A stretch of DNA of 44,112 bases from a virus. The notes beneath the pieces were generated by a model. The model was given only the letters and a program-made list of their open reading frames with translations, searched no databases and was not told the origin of the DNA. A program made the translations under genes and the position numbers. Where the stretch lies: positions 1-44,112 of the IMG/VR virus record IMGVR_UViG_3300045988_167653; one strand, given 5' to 3'. Shown here one piece after another: positions 12,529 to 22,745 of this stretch; within the stretch, counting starts at the first letter, position 1, and each line of letters starts with the position of its first letter.

Positions 12529-14448
12529 ATGGCGGATAACAACGAAATTGATAGCCTGAAATTAGGGATAGAAGTTGGCGACCTATCAAGTTCCGATATT
12601 AAAAACATAAAGGACTTATCAAGTAGTTTAGCCGCCCTTGATAAAGTGTTATCTTCTGAGTTTATGAAAAACTTGGAAACTTTGTCGCACTTAAAAATCA
12701 ATGTAAATGTTTCCGAACTTAAACAAGCGGCGAAACAAGTACAAAAAGCGGTTGCCCCTACGTCTGCAAGCGGAACTGTTTTTGGTGGCGACGTTGATAT
12801 TGCAAATATTACAGAAGAAAAGAAGAAACTGCAAAAGTTGATAAAGCAACGCCAACAGGCGATTGACGAAAACCTTGAATATTCTCAAAAAGTTCTTGAT
12901 GATAAACCCGATAACCCTTTATTGTTAAGAGCGAAAGAGTTGCAACAGCAGCAGGACATCGACCTCGCAACCTTGCAATCTTATAGAAAACAGATAAATG
13001 AAGCGCGGAAAAAGCAAAAGGCACTTGAAAATGCTAATTTAAGTGCAACTGCCAAAGATGATAAGTCAAGTGAAGTCAAAAAAGACGTTGAAAAAAATGT
13101 TGTCCAGCCCGAAACCAAAGCCAACGAGCAACAAGAAAAGCATATAAGCCTTTGGGAAAGATTTAAGCAAAAAGTTAAGAGCGTTGGCGAGATTATAAAG
13201 AAACTCGGCGACCGTGAAGATAAAGAAGAAAAGAAGAGCAAGGCTTCGGGTTTTGGCGGAAAACTCGGCAAGGCAATCGTCCGTGTCGCTATTTATCGTG
13301 CAATTCGTGCGGCAATTAAGGGCATTGTTCAAACAATAAGGCAGGGCTTGCAAGCATTTGCGGAGTTTAGCCCGAAGTTTGAGCAGACAATGACGGCGTT
13401 GACTTCGGCGGGACGAAACTTTAAGATGAGTTTCACAGCCGCTTTTGCGCCGATTTTGGAAAGCATTGCCCCCGCACTTATCCAAATTGTAAATTCATTT
13501 ACACAATTAAACAATAAACTTGCGGAAACAATCGCCTACTTAAAAGGCGCGGGCGAGTACACCAAAGTAAACACCGAATATCAAGAGCAATATAATAAGG
13601 CGGTAAACCTTTTGCCCTTTGATAAATTCAATGTTTTACAGCAAAGCAGTTACGGCGGGTTTGAAAAGGCGGCGGTAGATACCGAGAAAATGGCGAAAAA
13701 CGCGCCTAAATTGGAAAAAATCAAGGCGGTCATAACTTCGTTCAAAGAAACACTAAAAGCCGTTGTAGCCGCGCTTGGAAAGGCTTGGGAGTTTATTAAG
13801 TCTATCTTTGGGGAGTACGGCGATGTAATTCTCACCGTTATGAAAGCAAGCCTTAATTTCAGCAAGATGTTATGGCAAGTGCTCGGTTCGTTGCTTGATG
13901 TGGTAAAAGTTATTCTTAATCTTGACTTTTCAAAGAGCATAATATATACTTCGCTAACGCTTCTTTCGGGCGTGCTTACGACGATTGTGGACAATGCTAA
14001 AACCTTTTTGGATATACTTAACTCTATCCTTAATCGTGATTTTTCGGGCTTTGGTGAAAGAGTAAAGAGTTACTTTAACTTTGGCTTTACCAAAAATTTA
14101 TGGGAAAGAAGTCGCAAGGGTGGTTTTATTAAAGATTTCTTGAAATGGAAATTCCATATTGGCTCTTATGCAACGGGCGGACTTCCCGACACAGGCTCAT
14201 TGTTCCTTGCGGGCGAGCGTGGTGCGGAACTTGTAACAAATATTGGCAGCGGTCAATCGGCGGTTATGAATATGCAACAACTGCAACAAGCGATTTATGG
14301 CGGTATGGTTTCGGCACTTTCAACAATGCAACAAGTCGGCGGACACGAAACAGCACAACCTATCACGGTGAAAATCGGCGAAGATACGCTTTTTGAAATC
14401 ACAAGGAAATCGGCAACCCGTAGAGGACTTGACTTTGCAAAGGTATGA
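12529..14448 (+). CDS. Tape measure protein
   Basis: 639 aa. N-terminal half is coiled-coil and Lys/Glu/Gln-rich; middle is hydrophobic and helical. Sits directly after the G/T chaperones. Confidence 0.85.
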   Translation: MADNNEIDSLKLGIEVGDLSSSDIKNIKDLSSSLAALDKVLSSEFMKNLETLSHLKINVNVSELKQAAKQVQKAVAPTSASGTVFGGDVDIANITEEKKKLQKLIKQRQQAIDENLEYSQKVLDDKPDNPLLLRAKELQQQQDIDLATLQSYRKQINEARKKQKALENANLSATAKDDKSSEVKKDVEKNVVQPETKANEQQEKHISLWERFKQKVKSVGEIIKKLGDREDKEEKKSKASGFGGKLGKAIVRVAIYRAIRAAIKGIVQTIRQGLQAFAEFSPKFEQTMTALTSAGRNFKMSFTAAFAPILESIAPALIQIVNSFTQLNNKLAETIAYLKGAGEYTKVNTEYQEQYNKAVNLLPFDKFNVLQQSSYGGFEKAAVDTEKMAKNAPKLEKIKAVITSFKETLKAVVAALGKAWEFIKSIFGEYGDVILTVMKASLNFSKMLWQVLGSLLDVVKVILNLDFSKSIIYTSLTLLSGVLTTIVDNAKTFLDILNSILNRDFSGFGERVKSYFNFGFTKNLWERSRKGGFIKDFLKWKFHIGSYATGGLPDTGSLFLAGERGAELVTNIGSGQSAVMNMQQLQQAIYGGMVSALSTMQQVGGHETAQPITVKIGEDTLFEITRKSATRRGLDFAKV

Positions 14449-14456
14449 GGTAGATT

Positions 14457-15152
14457 ATGGCATTAACGGCTGAACAACTTGCGAGATTGCCGCAAGCGTT
14501 GCAAGACAACTATAATAGAACAAGGCTTGATTTAGTGGAAATAGACGGGGAGAAGTTCTCGTCCTATTCCACTTTTACTTATTATGAGGCAAAAACCTAT
14601 GTGAAAAGCCCCACAAGGTCGCAAACGGGCGCAATGGGCAACCTTAATTCCTATGCAACCTTTGTTACTCCCCGCCTTAAAATATCTTTTAACTATATGG
14701 ATATTGATGTTTATAGGCGACTTATCCAACTTATCAATAGCAAAAACGAGTTTACGGTTACTTGTTATGATGTTGAGAGCGATACAAGGGTAACAAACAA
14801 GATGTATTTTTCGCCTAACGATTATCCCGAAATCTATCAACAAAAACTTAAAGTGCTTGGGCTGCTCAATTATGAGATTGAACTTGTCGGCACAAACAAC
14901 GACCTTGACTATGTTTCGTTGACTTATAATGCAAACACCACCGATACGGTCGCACAAATGCCCACAAGCCGCGAAATTCCGAAAAACACGAATGTTGTTA
15001 TAGGCAATGGCTCAACGCCCACAAGGAGCGGATATGAGTTTGTTAAGTGGGGGACTTCGGCGGACGGCTCGACCTTTAATTACCTAAACGGTGAAGAATA
15101 TCTTATTTATAAGAATACCACTCTTTATGCTATTTGGAGAGCAAGTGTATGA
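14457..15152 (+). CDS. Distal tail protein (Dit-like) with C-terminal Flg_new-like repeat
   Basis: Sits immediately after the tape measure gene. The C-terminus ...PTRSGYEFVKWGTSADGSTFNYLNGEEYLIYKNTTLYAIW matches the GYxFxGW...TLYAxW repeat pattern. Confidence 0.6.
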   Translation: MALTAEQLARLPQALQDNYNRTRLDLVEIDGEKFSSYSTFTYYEAKTYVKSPTRSQTGAMGNLNSYATFVTPRLKISFNYMDIDVYRRLIQLINSKNEFTVTCYDVESDTRVTNKMYFSPNDYPEIYQQKLKVLGLLNYEIELVGTNNDLDYVSLTYNANTTDTVAQMPTSREIPKNTNVVIGNGSTPTRSGYEFVKWGTSADGSTFNYLNGEEYLIYKNTTLYAIWRASV

Positions 15153-16285
15153 TTGAGTATTCGGCAATAATAAAGTCCATAAGCGCGGCAACAAACGAGA
15201 TTTCGGCGGCGACCTATGAACAAGACGGCACTTATCTTGTGCCAAACACAGCGGATATTTTTAGCGTGTGTAATACACAAGCAAATGTTGGTGCAACTCC
15301 GTTTTTGTTAAGTCATAGCAAGTTGGGCGGGGGGCATACTTTTGCGCCTAATAAGGTCGGTTATTCAATAGTAAGCATATATAGCATTTCGGGGACGGGT
15401 GTTTATGATGTGTATATCATTTGTGCCGCTCCCGCACAAGGGCTTACCATTGCATTTGACACCTATAATAACCGCTATCCCGCAAAGAGAAAGTTCGGAA
15501 ACACCACCGCAAGTATATATATTAACGGAAAGTATTTTGATATAGATAGTGCAATTACATATTTTCCTGTTGAAACAAAAACGGCAAGCGTTGGGACGTA
15601 TGAAAACGTGCCTTTGTATCATATAAGTGTAAGTGCGGGTATGGACGACGCAGGCTCAAAAAACGGCAAATATCCCACGATTATCAGCGGCATTAACATA
15701 GGTGTAAGATATGCGGTTGATAAAATAAATATGGTTGATTTGGATATATCTCAAAGCGATAGACCGACAAACAACAAGCCTATTTTCGGCGTTATGTCGG
15801 GAACTGCGTCGCTTAAAGTGAAAGATGACAGCGGAGAGTTGCTTGGATATGTGCAAAACAAGACCATAGGGCGCAATAGCCCCGTTGAGTTTATAATTAA
15901 GAACTCCACAGCAAACAAACAACAAAGTGTCGCTAAAATGCTTATTTCGGACTTAAAATACGATGTAAATAACTTTAACATTGACCTTGAATTGTCCGAC
16001 GGGCTTTTGGAATTGCAAGAAACCGAAAGCAACGAGATTAAAATGAGTACAACGCCGATGACCGCAAGGGCTGTTTTTGAAAGGTTAAAGGCTTATGTAA
16101 CGAAATATGAGTTTGCTATTACGGCAAATGCGGAAACGATAATGTCGTCAACAACGATAAAATACCCGTTTTTGGAGCAATCAAAAGTGTGGGCGGCATT
16201 TGATAAACTTTGCAATCTATGCGGATTGTATATGTATATGGGTGCGGACGGAAAAATCGTCATCGACACGCAACTTCTTTCGTGA
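15149..16285 (+). CDS. Tail-associated (Tal-like) baseplate hub protein, putative
   Basis: 378 aa, ATGA-coupled to the Dit gene. Positional call. No lysin motif seen. Confidence 0.5.
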   Translation: MIEYSAIIKSISAATNEISAATYEQDGTYLVPNTADIFSVCNTQANVGATPFLLSHSKLGGGHTFAPNKVGYSIVSIYSISGTGVYDVYIICAAPAQGLTIAFDTYNNRYPAKRKFGNTTASIYINGKYFDIDSAITYFPVETKTASVGTYENVPLYHISVSAGMDDAGSKNGKYPTIISGINIGVRYAVDKINMVDLDISQSDRPTNNKPIFGVMSGTASLKVKDDSGELLGYVQNKTIGRNSPVEFIIKNSTANKQQSVAKMLISDLKYDVNNFNIDLELSDGLLELQETESNEIKMSTTPMTARAVFERLKAYVTKYEFAITANAETIMSSTTIKYPFLEQSKVWAAFDKLCNLCGLYMYMGADGKIVIDTQLLS

Positions 16286-16287
16286 TT

Positions 16288-17391
16288 ATGGCAATAGTAA
16301 TTAAAGCAAAAAACATATACGGCGATATTGATAATAATAAAATTGTCAATAACGAGATAAGGACTGTAAACTTTTCGGAGAACAATATTGCGGTCGTTTC
16401 CAGCACGTCGGTCGGCAATACGAGTTTTAGCGGATATACAAGTGAAGAATGTACTTATTCGCGTGCGCCATTGACGGCGGAACAACTCACGGCACGAAAC
16501 ACGGGGCTTACGCTTAAAGAAAGGGTGGCTTCTAACACAAAATACCTTGGTCGAGGAGATGACTATTATGTTGCATATTTTCAAGTGAATGTGCCTATTT
16601 CGTCGCCCATTGATTTATCGCAAGCGTTGTCCTTTGATTACAATTACACAACGGGCAGAGGTCGTAAAGGTGGTGGCGGAGATACCAAAACGGGAACAAT
16701 CACGGGAAATGTCGCTCAATATTACAACAACTATGCCGCGTTTAGGAATGTTGGCGTTGGGTTAAAGGACGGCGAACAAGGGTATGCGCCGAAATTTGAG
16801 TTAGGTGTGCTATTAGACGGCACAACTTCTAATAACTTGTCATTGGCTTTTGGGATTATTTATGACTATAACCACACATATCCTTATTCGTCGGAATATA
16901 CGGGATTTACATACATTTATGATAGATATTTGGTACAATCCGTTTCGGCAAGCATTGCGGGACAACAATTTCAAGTATCAAGTGCGCCCGTTTCAATCGG
17001 CACGGGGAACTTCGCACAAAGTTTATCTTATAATGAACTTTATCAAACGGAAACTAAAATAACAATCGGGGAAACCACTGAAAAAATCGGCACTTTTCTC
17101 GCAAATAAAATTATAAATAAGTGGACAAATGGTAAAGAAACTGCTAAACTATTAGTAGAATATGGCGAATATTATGACACTGACGGCAATTTAGTCAAGA
17201 GCGTTGAAAGCAATGACAAGTCAATGATATTCAAAATCGGTGAAGTTGTGCGCCCTTATGTCAACTCGGTTAGTGGCGACACGCCTATGTCGAAAAACAT
17301 TGACGGGACACCAAAAGACTTTTTGATTATTGGGGTAGAGCCTTTCTATGACGGTGCTTGTTGGCAAAGGCTCACTCTTTTAGAATATTGA
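16288..17391 (+). CDS. Tail/baseplate structural protein
   Basis: ORF track entry trimmed to the ATG at 16288, just after the TGA at 16283-16285. 367 aa within the tail module. Confidence 0.55.
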   Translation: MAIVIKAKNIYGDIDNNKIVNNEIRTVNFSENNIAVVSSTSVGNTSFSGYTSEECTYSRAPLTAEQLTARNTGLTLKERVASNTKYLGRGDDYYVAYFQVNVPISSPIDLSQALSFDYNYTTGRGRKGGGGDTKTGTITGNVAQYYNNYAAFRNVGVGLKDGEQGYAPKFELGVLLDGTTSNNLSLAFGIIYDYNHTYPYSSEYTGFTYIYDRYLVQSVSASIAGQQFQVSSAPVSIGTGNFAQSLSYNELYQTETKITIGETTEKIGTFLANKIINKWTNGKETAKLLVEYGEYYDTDGNLVKSVESNDKSMIFKIGEVVRPYVNSVSGDTPMSKNIDGTPKDFLIIGVEPFYDGACWQRLTLLEY

Positions 17392-17398
17392 GGTATTT

Positions 17399-18214
17399 AT
17401 GGCAAATTTTACACCTAAAAAAATAGACACCAGCACAATCAATTCGGGGCAGGAATATGCGGTTGGCGATATGGTTGCACCGAGCGCAATTAACTCACCG
17501 ATTGAAAGTGGCTTGTACACCGAGATTATTGCGGACGGGCTTACGCAAGCCCCCGATATAAGTCAAATCGCAGGGGTTGGCACGCCCACGGTTGAGTTTG
17601 TGGACGGCGCGACCGTCAATGGCGTGAAAACAAAGAAGTTCGCCTTTAAGAATATGCTTGGCGGCGGTAGTGGCATACAACCTTTGCGAATGAGAGATAG
17701 CGAAAGCGGCTCATTTTCCGCCTATAATGGAACAAACGCCTATGACTTGATTTTCGACAAAACCGACTTTGTTGTTGATAGTTCAACGCTTTATAAAGTA
17801 AAGGTAAACACCGCTAAATTTGTTGGCACAAAGTGGACGTGGGCAAATCCAACAGCCACCCCGCCAGATATGTTGACAATAAAGAAAGGCGAGGTATATG
17901 CAATAACGGGTGTTAGGACTATATCAAGTCCATATTCCACAATATATACGCCTATTTTTATGGTCGAGTGGTCAAATAGTAATGTTAAGACAATAGAACT
18001 AACATCATCGTCAAGCGTATCGGGCAATACTTTTTTTACAAGAACTTATTACTTATCAATAAGTGAGTATTCAAGCGATACGGGGTTAGTATATTTGAAA
18101 TGTCGCAATAGTAGCATTACAAAGGGAACTGACGGGGCTATATCATTTAGTGAAACAACCGAAAATATCCCGTATTACTATCGAAAGGTTTTTGATGATA
18201 AAAACCCCCTATAA
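17399..18214 (+). CDS. Tail/baseplate structural protein
   Basis: 271 aa ORF in the tail module, with a GAGG SD. Confidence 0.55.
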   Translation: MANFTPKKIDTSTINSGQEYAVGDMVAPSAINSPIESGLYTEIIADGLTQAPDISQIAGVGTPTVEFVDGATVNGVKTKKFAFKNMLGGGSGIQPLRMRDSESGSFSAYNGTNAYDLIFDKTDFVVDSSTLYKVKVNTAKFVGTKWTWANPTATPPDMLTIKKGEVYAITGVRTISSPYSTIYTPIFMVEWSNSNVKTIELTSSSSVSGNTFFTRTYYLSISEYSSDTGLVYLKCRNSSITKGTDGAISFSETTENIPYYYRKVFDDKNPL

Positions 18215-18229
18215 CATAGGAGAGCATAA

Positions 18230-18616
18230 ATGAACGATATACAAATTGAAACCAAAAACTCACCGTGGTATGAAGATGAAAAGTGGCATTGGTATGTCAA
18301 AAACACTGTATCATTAAGATATAAGTTTGATAATTTAGAAGTTGCCACGGGCGACCGCATTGAAGTGCATTTCTATGACCGCAAGGGCGCGGAAGTGCTT
18401 TCTTACACTTATAACAACTTGGAGCAACAAACAGACCCCGTTTCTGGCACAAAGTTCGTACAAATCATTATTGATATTGACGAAGTGGATAGCGAGAAAC
18501 TTACAAGGGGCGATTATGTGTTCTGTATCACCTATTACGGCAAGGACGAGAACGGCGAAGAGAACATTAAGACCATTTGTGCAAATCAAAATGTTGAGGT
18601 ATTAAGTTGCCACTAA
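18230..18616 (+). CDS. Hypothetical tail-module protein
   Basis: 128 aa ORF with an AGGAGA SD. Confidence 0.55.
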   Translation: MNDIQIETKNSPWYEDEKWHWYVKNTVSLRYKFDNLEVATGDRIEVHFYDRKGAEVLSYTYNNLEQQTDPVSGTKFVQIIIDIDEVDSEKLTRGDYVFCITYYGKDENGEENIKTICANQNVEVLSCH

Positions 18617-19140
18617 TCAATGACGCTAACGATTTCGGCGTAGATGTCTATGTTGATGTCGTTGGGAAAGACAATATAAATGTTGAGATAGGCGCGGACG
18701 GCTCAAAAAAGGACGTAAATGTCAAAATTGAAGAGCCGCAGGGTGCAAGTGTTACCGCCGATGTTTTAGGGCGTAAAAACGCAAATGTGAGCCTTGCCGC
18801 AGACGATACTACTTTATCCGCTTATACGAATTTGAGCGGGGCAGAGCCGCAATATTTCCGCGACCACGTTCTCAATATGAATAACCCGCACCAAACGACG
18901 GCAGAGCAAGTGAAAGCCGTACCGTTGGAGTTGGACGGTTTTGCACGCATTGACCCAACCGCAAACACCAAAGGTTTTCGGCAACAAGCGTTTGTCTATG
19001 TCAATAAGGGAAATCAAGGTTTCCGAATGTCCTTACAAGAGATTAAGGACTTAAACACTAAAATAGTTGACGCAAAGAGCCACAAGAGCGTAAACTCGGC
19101 GGATTTGAGTGTCGGCGATTATATTTATAGCGAAGATTAA
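18607..19140 (+). CDS. Hypothetical tail-module protein (TTG start)
   Basis: 177 aa ORF overlapping the previous gene by 10 nt. Start codon is TTG. Confidence 0.5.
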   Translation: MPLINDANDFGVDVYVDVVGKDNINVEIGADGSKKDVNVKIEEPQGASVTADVLGRKNANVSLAADDTTLSAYTNLSGAEPQYFRDHVLNMNNPHQTTAEQVKAVPLELDGFARIDPTANTKGFRQQAFVYVNKGNQGFRMSLQEIKDLNTKIVDAKSHKSVNSADLSVGDYIYSED

Positions 19141-19151
19141 GGAGATATTTT

Positions 19152-20714
19152 ATGGCTGCTGAAAAAAGAAAAATCCATAGAGTAGTGGACGCACAAGGGA
19201 CACTTGTGCAAGTTTTACCCGAAACGAGTGCGGAACAAGTTACAGTTGCCGATACCGCTAATAATTTCACTTCAACGAATGTCGAGGGTGTCCTTGCTGA
19301 ACTTGCGACAATGGCGCAAACGGGCGGTGTTACGGGCGTTAAGGGCGACGCTGAAACCGAATATCGCAAAGGTAATGTCAATATTACAAAGGCTAATATA
19401 GGACTTGGTAATGTAGATAATACGGCGGACGCAAACAAGGTTGTCAAGGAAGCGAAAAAGACCACGGGCGCAATAAGTGTTTTGGGCAAGGATAGCACAA
19501 ACATTGAAAAGTCCATAACCTTTGACGGCTCGGCGGACAAGGAAGTTACCTTTAATAACGGCGATTTTGTTACAACGCTCACGGGTAGCAATTTGCAAGT
19601 TGCGATTGCGGACAAGGGCTATGCGACGAAAACCTATGTGGACACGCAAGACGGCAAGAAACTTGACAAGACGGGCGGCACGATTACGGGCAGTTTGTCG
19701 GTCAATGGTGGCGTAACGGTTGGCGGAAATCTCACGGTCAACGGCACGACTACCACGATTGATAGCACCACGCTTCAAGTCAAGGATAAGTTGATTGAAG
19801 TTGCCCACGGAAACACCACAAAACTTACAAGCCCCGCTGGTTTGGTCGTACCTAAATACGACGGCACTAATTCAGGTGCGCTTGTCTTTGACGGCGACGG
19901 AATGGCGCAAGTCGGCAAGGTTGTACTTGACGCGGCTGGAAACATTGATACCACAAAGAGCGGACTTCAAACGCTTGCAACCCGCACTAATCTTGTCGGG
20001 GGCAATTTGGTGCAATATGATAGCACTAATAAGACACTTGTAGATAGTGGCAAGAAAGTCGGTGATTTTGCGCTTAAAACCGATATTCCGACCGTTCCTA
20101 CCAACTATGTAACAACGGACACTAAACAAGATATTACGGGCGAAAAAGCCTTTAAGAACACAAACGGTTTAAGCACTAACCGTATTCATAATTTAAGCGG
20201 AAATGCGGTGTATGACTTTGACGGCACTAATGTACGCCTCGGCTCGGTTTCTACTCCCACTCACATTAGGGGCAGTGAAGCGCACCCGAAATACGAAATG
20301 CCGAGTGGCACTGCTGGCGAAACCGTTAAAAAGGACATTGCTCTTGTAGAAGATGTTAAAACCACAAAAGTGGACAATGCTGTATATGCGGATAGTGCTG
20401 GGAAAGTTAAGAACTTTCTTACATTTATGTATTATACTTCCCCAGGGAGTGCGAAACAATTTCAGAATTATAACGGTGAAAAACATTCTACCGTTGAGTT
20501 TGGGTATGATTTCGATGCAATAGAAGACCGCGTCTATCCGAGAGTAATCTTGCGTGACACTGGTGTAACGGCTGGCTCATATTCCGCAGTAACGGTTGAC
20601 GCAAAAGGTCGAGTAACGGCAGGTGGCAAGTCGATTGAGTTTGGTACCATTCTGGGACAGACCACACCGAGTGATGACCTTATGGTCGGCGGACTTTTCT
20701 TTGAATTACAATAA
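19152..20714 (+). CDS. Tail fiber protein
   Basis: 520 aa. Contains GGTITGSLSVNGGVTVGGNLTVNGTTTTIDSTTLQVKDKLIEV and a C-terminal DTGVTAGSYSAVTVDAKGRVTAGG. Both are classic phage fiber repeat motifs. Confidence 0.75.
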   Translation: MAAEKRKIHRVVDAQGTLVQVLPETSAEQVTVADTANNFTSTNVEGVLAELATMAQTGGVTGVKGDAETEYRKGNVNITKANIGLGNVDNTADANKVVKEAKKTTGAISVLGKDSTNIEKSITFDGSADKEVTFNNGDFVTTLTGSNLQVAIADKGYATKTYVDTQDGKKLDKTGGTITGSLSVNGGVTVGGNLTVNGTTTTIDSTTLQVKDKLIEVAHGNTTKLTSPAGLVVPKYDGTNSGALVFDGDGMAQVGKVVLDAAGNIDTTKSGLQTLATRTNLVGGNLVQYDSTNKTLVDSGKKVGDFALKTDIPTVPTNYVTTDTKQDITGEKAFKNTNGLSTNRIHNLSGNAVYDFDGTNVRLGSVSTPTHIRGSEAHPKYEMPSGTAGETVKKDIALVEDVKTTKVDNAVYADSAGKVKNFLTFMYYTSPGSAKQFQNYNGEKHSTVEFGYDFDAIEDRVYPRVILRDTGVTAGSYSAVTVDAKGRVTAGGKSIEFGTILGQTTPSDDLMVGGLFFELQ

Positions 20715-20734
20715 ACAATTAGGGGGTATGCAGT

Positions 20735-21610
20735 ATGGCAACCTATAAACCTATAAGAAAAACGGCGAGCGGCACGGAAGAAATCAAAATTCCGTATGCC
20801 GTTCTTGCCGACCCACCGACAATTCCTGCGGCGGTAACTTCAATAGATGGGTTAAGTGGCGGAACACTTACAAGCCCGCTGACGCTTACTGGCGGGGATA
20901 GTGCAACCGCTTCAAAGATAATTTTATCGTCAAATGGGCAAATAACGGATAGTGGCACTGCAACAATGTTAGGTTTTAGTGGCGGCAACTATATTGTTGG
21001 TAGCGGAAACTACCCGACAACTTTTAGGGGCAGGCAAACAAGACCGACTTGGAATGGAAAAGATTTAGCGTTATATAGCGATATACCCGCTGCTGTAACC
21101 GAAAGTACTGTTTCTGGGTGGGGATTTACTAAAAACACAGGCACAGTTACGTCCGTTGCTGTTAAGATGAATGGCTCGGAAAAAGGCAAGGTTACAAGTT
21201 CGGGAACGATTGATTTAGGAACTGTTTTGACGAATGCGAGTGCGTTTGCCACTTCTGCACAAGGAACAAAAGCCGATAATGCTATGCCAAAATCGGGCGG
21301 TACATTTACAGGAAATATAAGTGTACCCAAAGAACTTGTATTTACTAATACTACTAACCCGTTTATAAGAATGACAACACAAGGTGTTGACTTCTATTTT
21401 CAGTCAACATCTGGTCAATTTGGGCTCGGACCAACGTGGAATAAGGCAACTCATTGGGACTCAGAAGGTAATGTAACATTTCCAACAGTACCAAAGGTTG
21501 GCAGTAGCCCATTAGCGTTGAAATCTGACATTCCAAATACAAGTAATTTTGTCCAGAAATCCGCTTTTTCTCTTTCGGGTACAACATTAACGATAACTAT
21601 TACGGAGTAA
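20735..21610 (+). CDS. Tail fiber / receptor-binding protein 2
   Basis: 291 aa, Gly/Ser/Thr-rich, with SGGTLTSPLTLTG and KSGGTFTGNISV fiber-type motifs. Confidence 0.6.
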   Translation: MATYKPIRKTASGTEEIKIPYAVLADPPTIPAAVTSIDGLSGGTLTSPLTLTGGDSATASKIILSSNGQITDSGTATMLGFSGGNYIVGSGNYPTTFRGRQTRPTWNGKDLALYSDIPAAVTESTVSGWGFTKNTGTVTSVAVKMNGSEKGKVTSSGTIDLGTVLTNASAFATSAQGTKADNAMPKSGGTFTGNISVPKELVFTNTTNPFIRMTTQGVDFYFQSTSGQFGLGPTWNKATHWDSEGNVTFPTVPKVGSSPLALKSDIPNTSNFVQKSAFSLSGTTLTITITE

Positions 21611-21612
21611 TT

Positions 21613-22341
21613 ATGGCATTTAAATACAACGGAGTAGCACCTACGGAGATTATATATAAACATCACGCATATTCAGATAGGAATTTAACAATTTTGAAAT
21701 ATGGAGATACTGCGGTGTGGGGGAAACCGTTTCCATTAACGATTTCTGCTGACAGCAATGTCCTTTTAACTTTGGTGAAACGAGATACATCGCCTAATCA
21801 GCACGCTGCAACCGACGGACAAGAAGCCTACCTTACAAGCGGTTCGCTTATTTATTATGGCGATACAATTATCATATCCGTACGACCGAAATCTGGATAT
21901 AAACTCACCACTTTTTCAATCAATGGTATTAACATTGCAACAGGTCAAACAGATACGGTTACAGACAAAGAAACAGTTACAAGTGCAATCAATGTAATTG
22001 TTAAAACAACAGAGTTACCGTCGTGGCATACGGCTTGGAGTGGCAGTTATACTCTTAAAACACAGGCTATGCTGTTTGGTTTTGCACAGGGAACTCCTAT
22101 TGCGCTTAATAGAACCTATGTTAATCAAGGAAATATGCGTATCACTGGTTATTCTTCGGTAGATACGACAACAAGAACTCAACAGATGACAAAAAATCAA
22201 AGTTATACTACTTGGGGTAGTGCAATAGTGGTACAGGTTGTTGAAACGACAGATAGTAATGCAACGTTTAAGGTATCAAAACAAGACACATCATACGGTT
22301 CAAGGTCATTTACCATAACAAAAATTGAGTATTATTATTAA
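21613..22341 (+). CDS. Hypothetical tail-fiber-associated protein
   Basis: 242 aa ORF directly following the fiber genes. Confidence 0.5.
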   Translation: MAFKYNGVAPTEIIYKHHAYSDRNLTILKYGDTAVWGKPFPLTISADSNVLLTLVKRDTSPNQHAATDGQEAYLTSGSLIYYGDTIIISVRPKSGYKLTTFSINGINIATGQTDTVTDKETVTSAINVIVKTTELPSWHTAWSGSYTLKTQAMLFGFAQGTPIALNRTYVNQGNMRITGYSSVDTTTRTQQMTKNQSYTTWGSAIVVQVVETTDSNATFKVSKQDTSYGSRSFTITKIEYYY

Positions 22342-22350
22342 GGAACAATT

Positions 22351-22623
22351 ATGAACATAGATTTCACTAAATTTGCAGAGCAAAATATGCTCACTTATAA
22401 TGACGACAAGACAAGAGTGTTTGTAAAACCCACGGATAGGCACAATTTTACGGCATATCCACTTGAAGATTTGTCGGGCGTGGTTGCACTAACGCTTGAA
22501 GAATATCTCGGACTTCGCACTAATTACTATCAATTCAACGAGCAACTCACGGGAATTGAAGAATATGTGGCGGAAGAAGAAAGCGCAGACGAAACCGCAC
22601 TTGACGGCGACACCGAAAAATAA
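22351..22623 (+). CDS. Hypothetical protein with acidic C-terminus
   Basis: 90 aa ORF; last gene of the structural run. Confidence 0.5.
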   Translation: MNIDFTKFAEQNMLTYNDDKTRVFVKPTDRHNFTAYPLEDLSGVVALTLEEYLGLRTNYYQFNEQLTGIEEYVAEEESADETALDGDTEK

Positions 22624-22658
22624 ATTAAAAAAATCATTACTTTTTTGGCATAAAGGTG

Positions 22659-22687
22659 TTGACATAACCACTTTTGTGTGATATTCT
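22659..22687 (+). promoter_or_regulatory. Sigma70-type promoter (P5)
   Basis: TTGACA 22659-22664, 17-nt spacer ending in TGTGA, then TATTCT 22682-22687. Confidence 0.55.
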
Positions 22688-22700
22688 TTATTTGATGAGT

Positions 22701-22731
22701 GCGCAGACACCTATGTGTTTGTGCGCTTTTT
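22701..22731 (+). terminator. Terminator/attenuator hairpin between P5 and the next gene
   Basis: GCGCAGACAC-ctat-GTGTTTGTGCGC (a 5-bp plus 4-bp stem with an internal loop), followed by TTTTT (22727-22731). Confidence 0.5.
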
Positions 22732-22745
22732 AATTGAGGGTAAAA

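Noticed and set aside
19152-22341. Invertible tail-fiber segment (Gin/Cin-type shufflon) served by the serine recombinase
   Set aside because: All fiber-region ORFs of good quality are on the plus strand. There are no oppositely oriented alternative C-terminal exons. I found no inverted repeat pair flanking the region.
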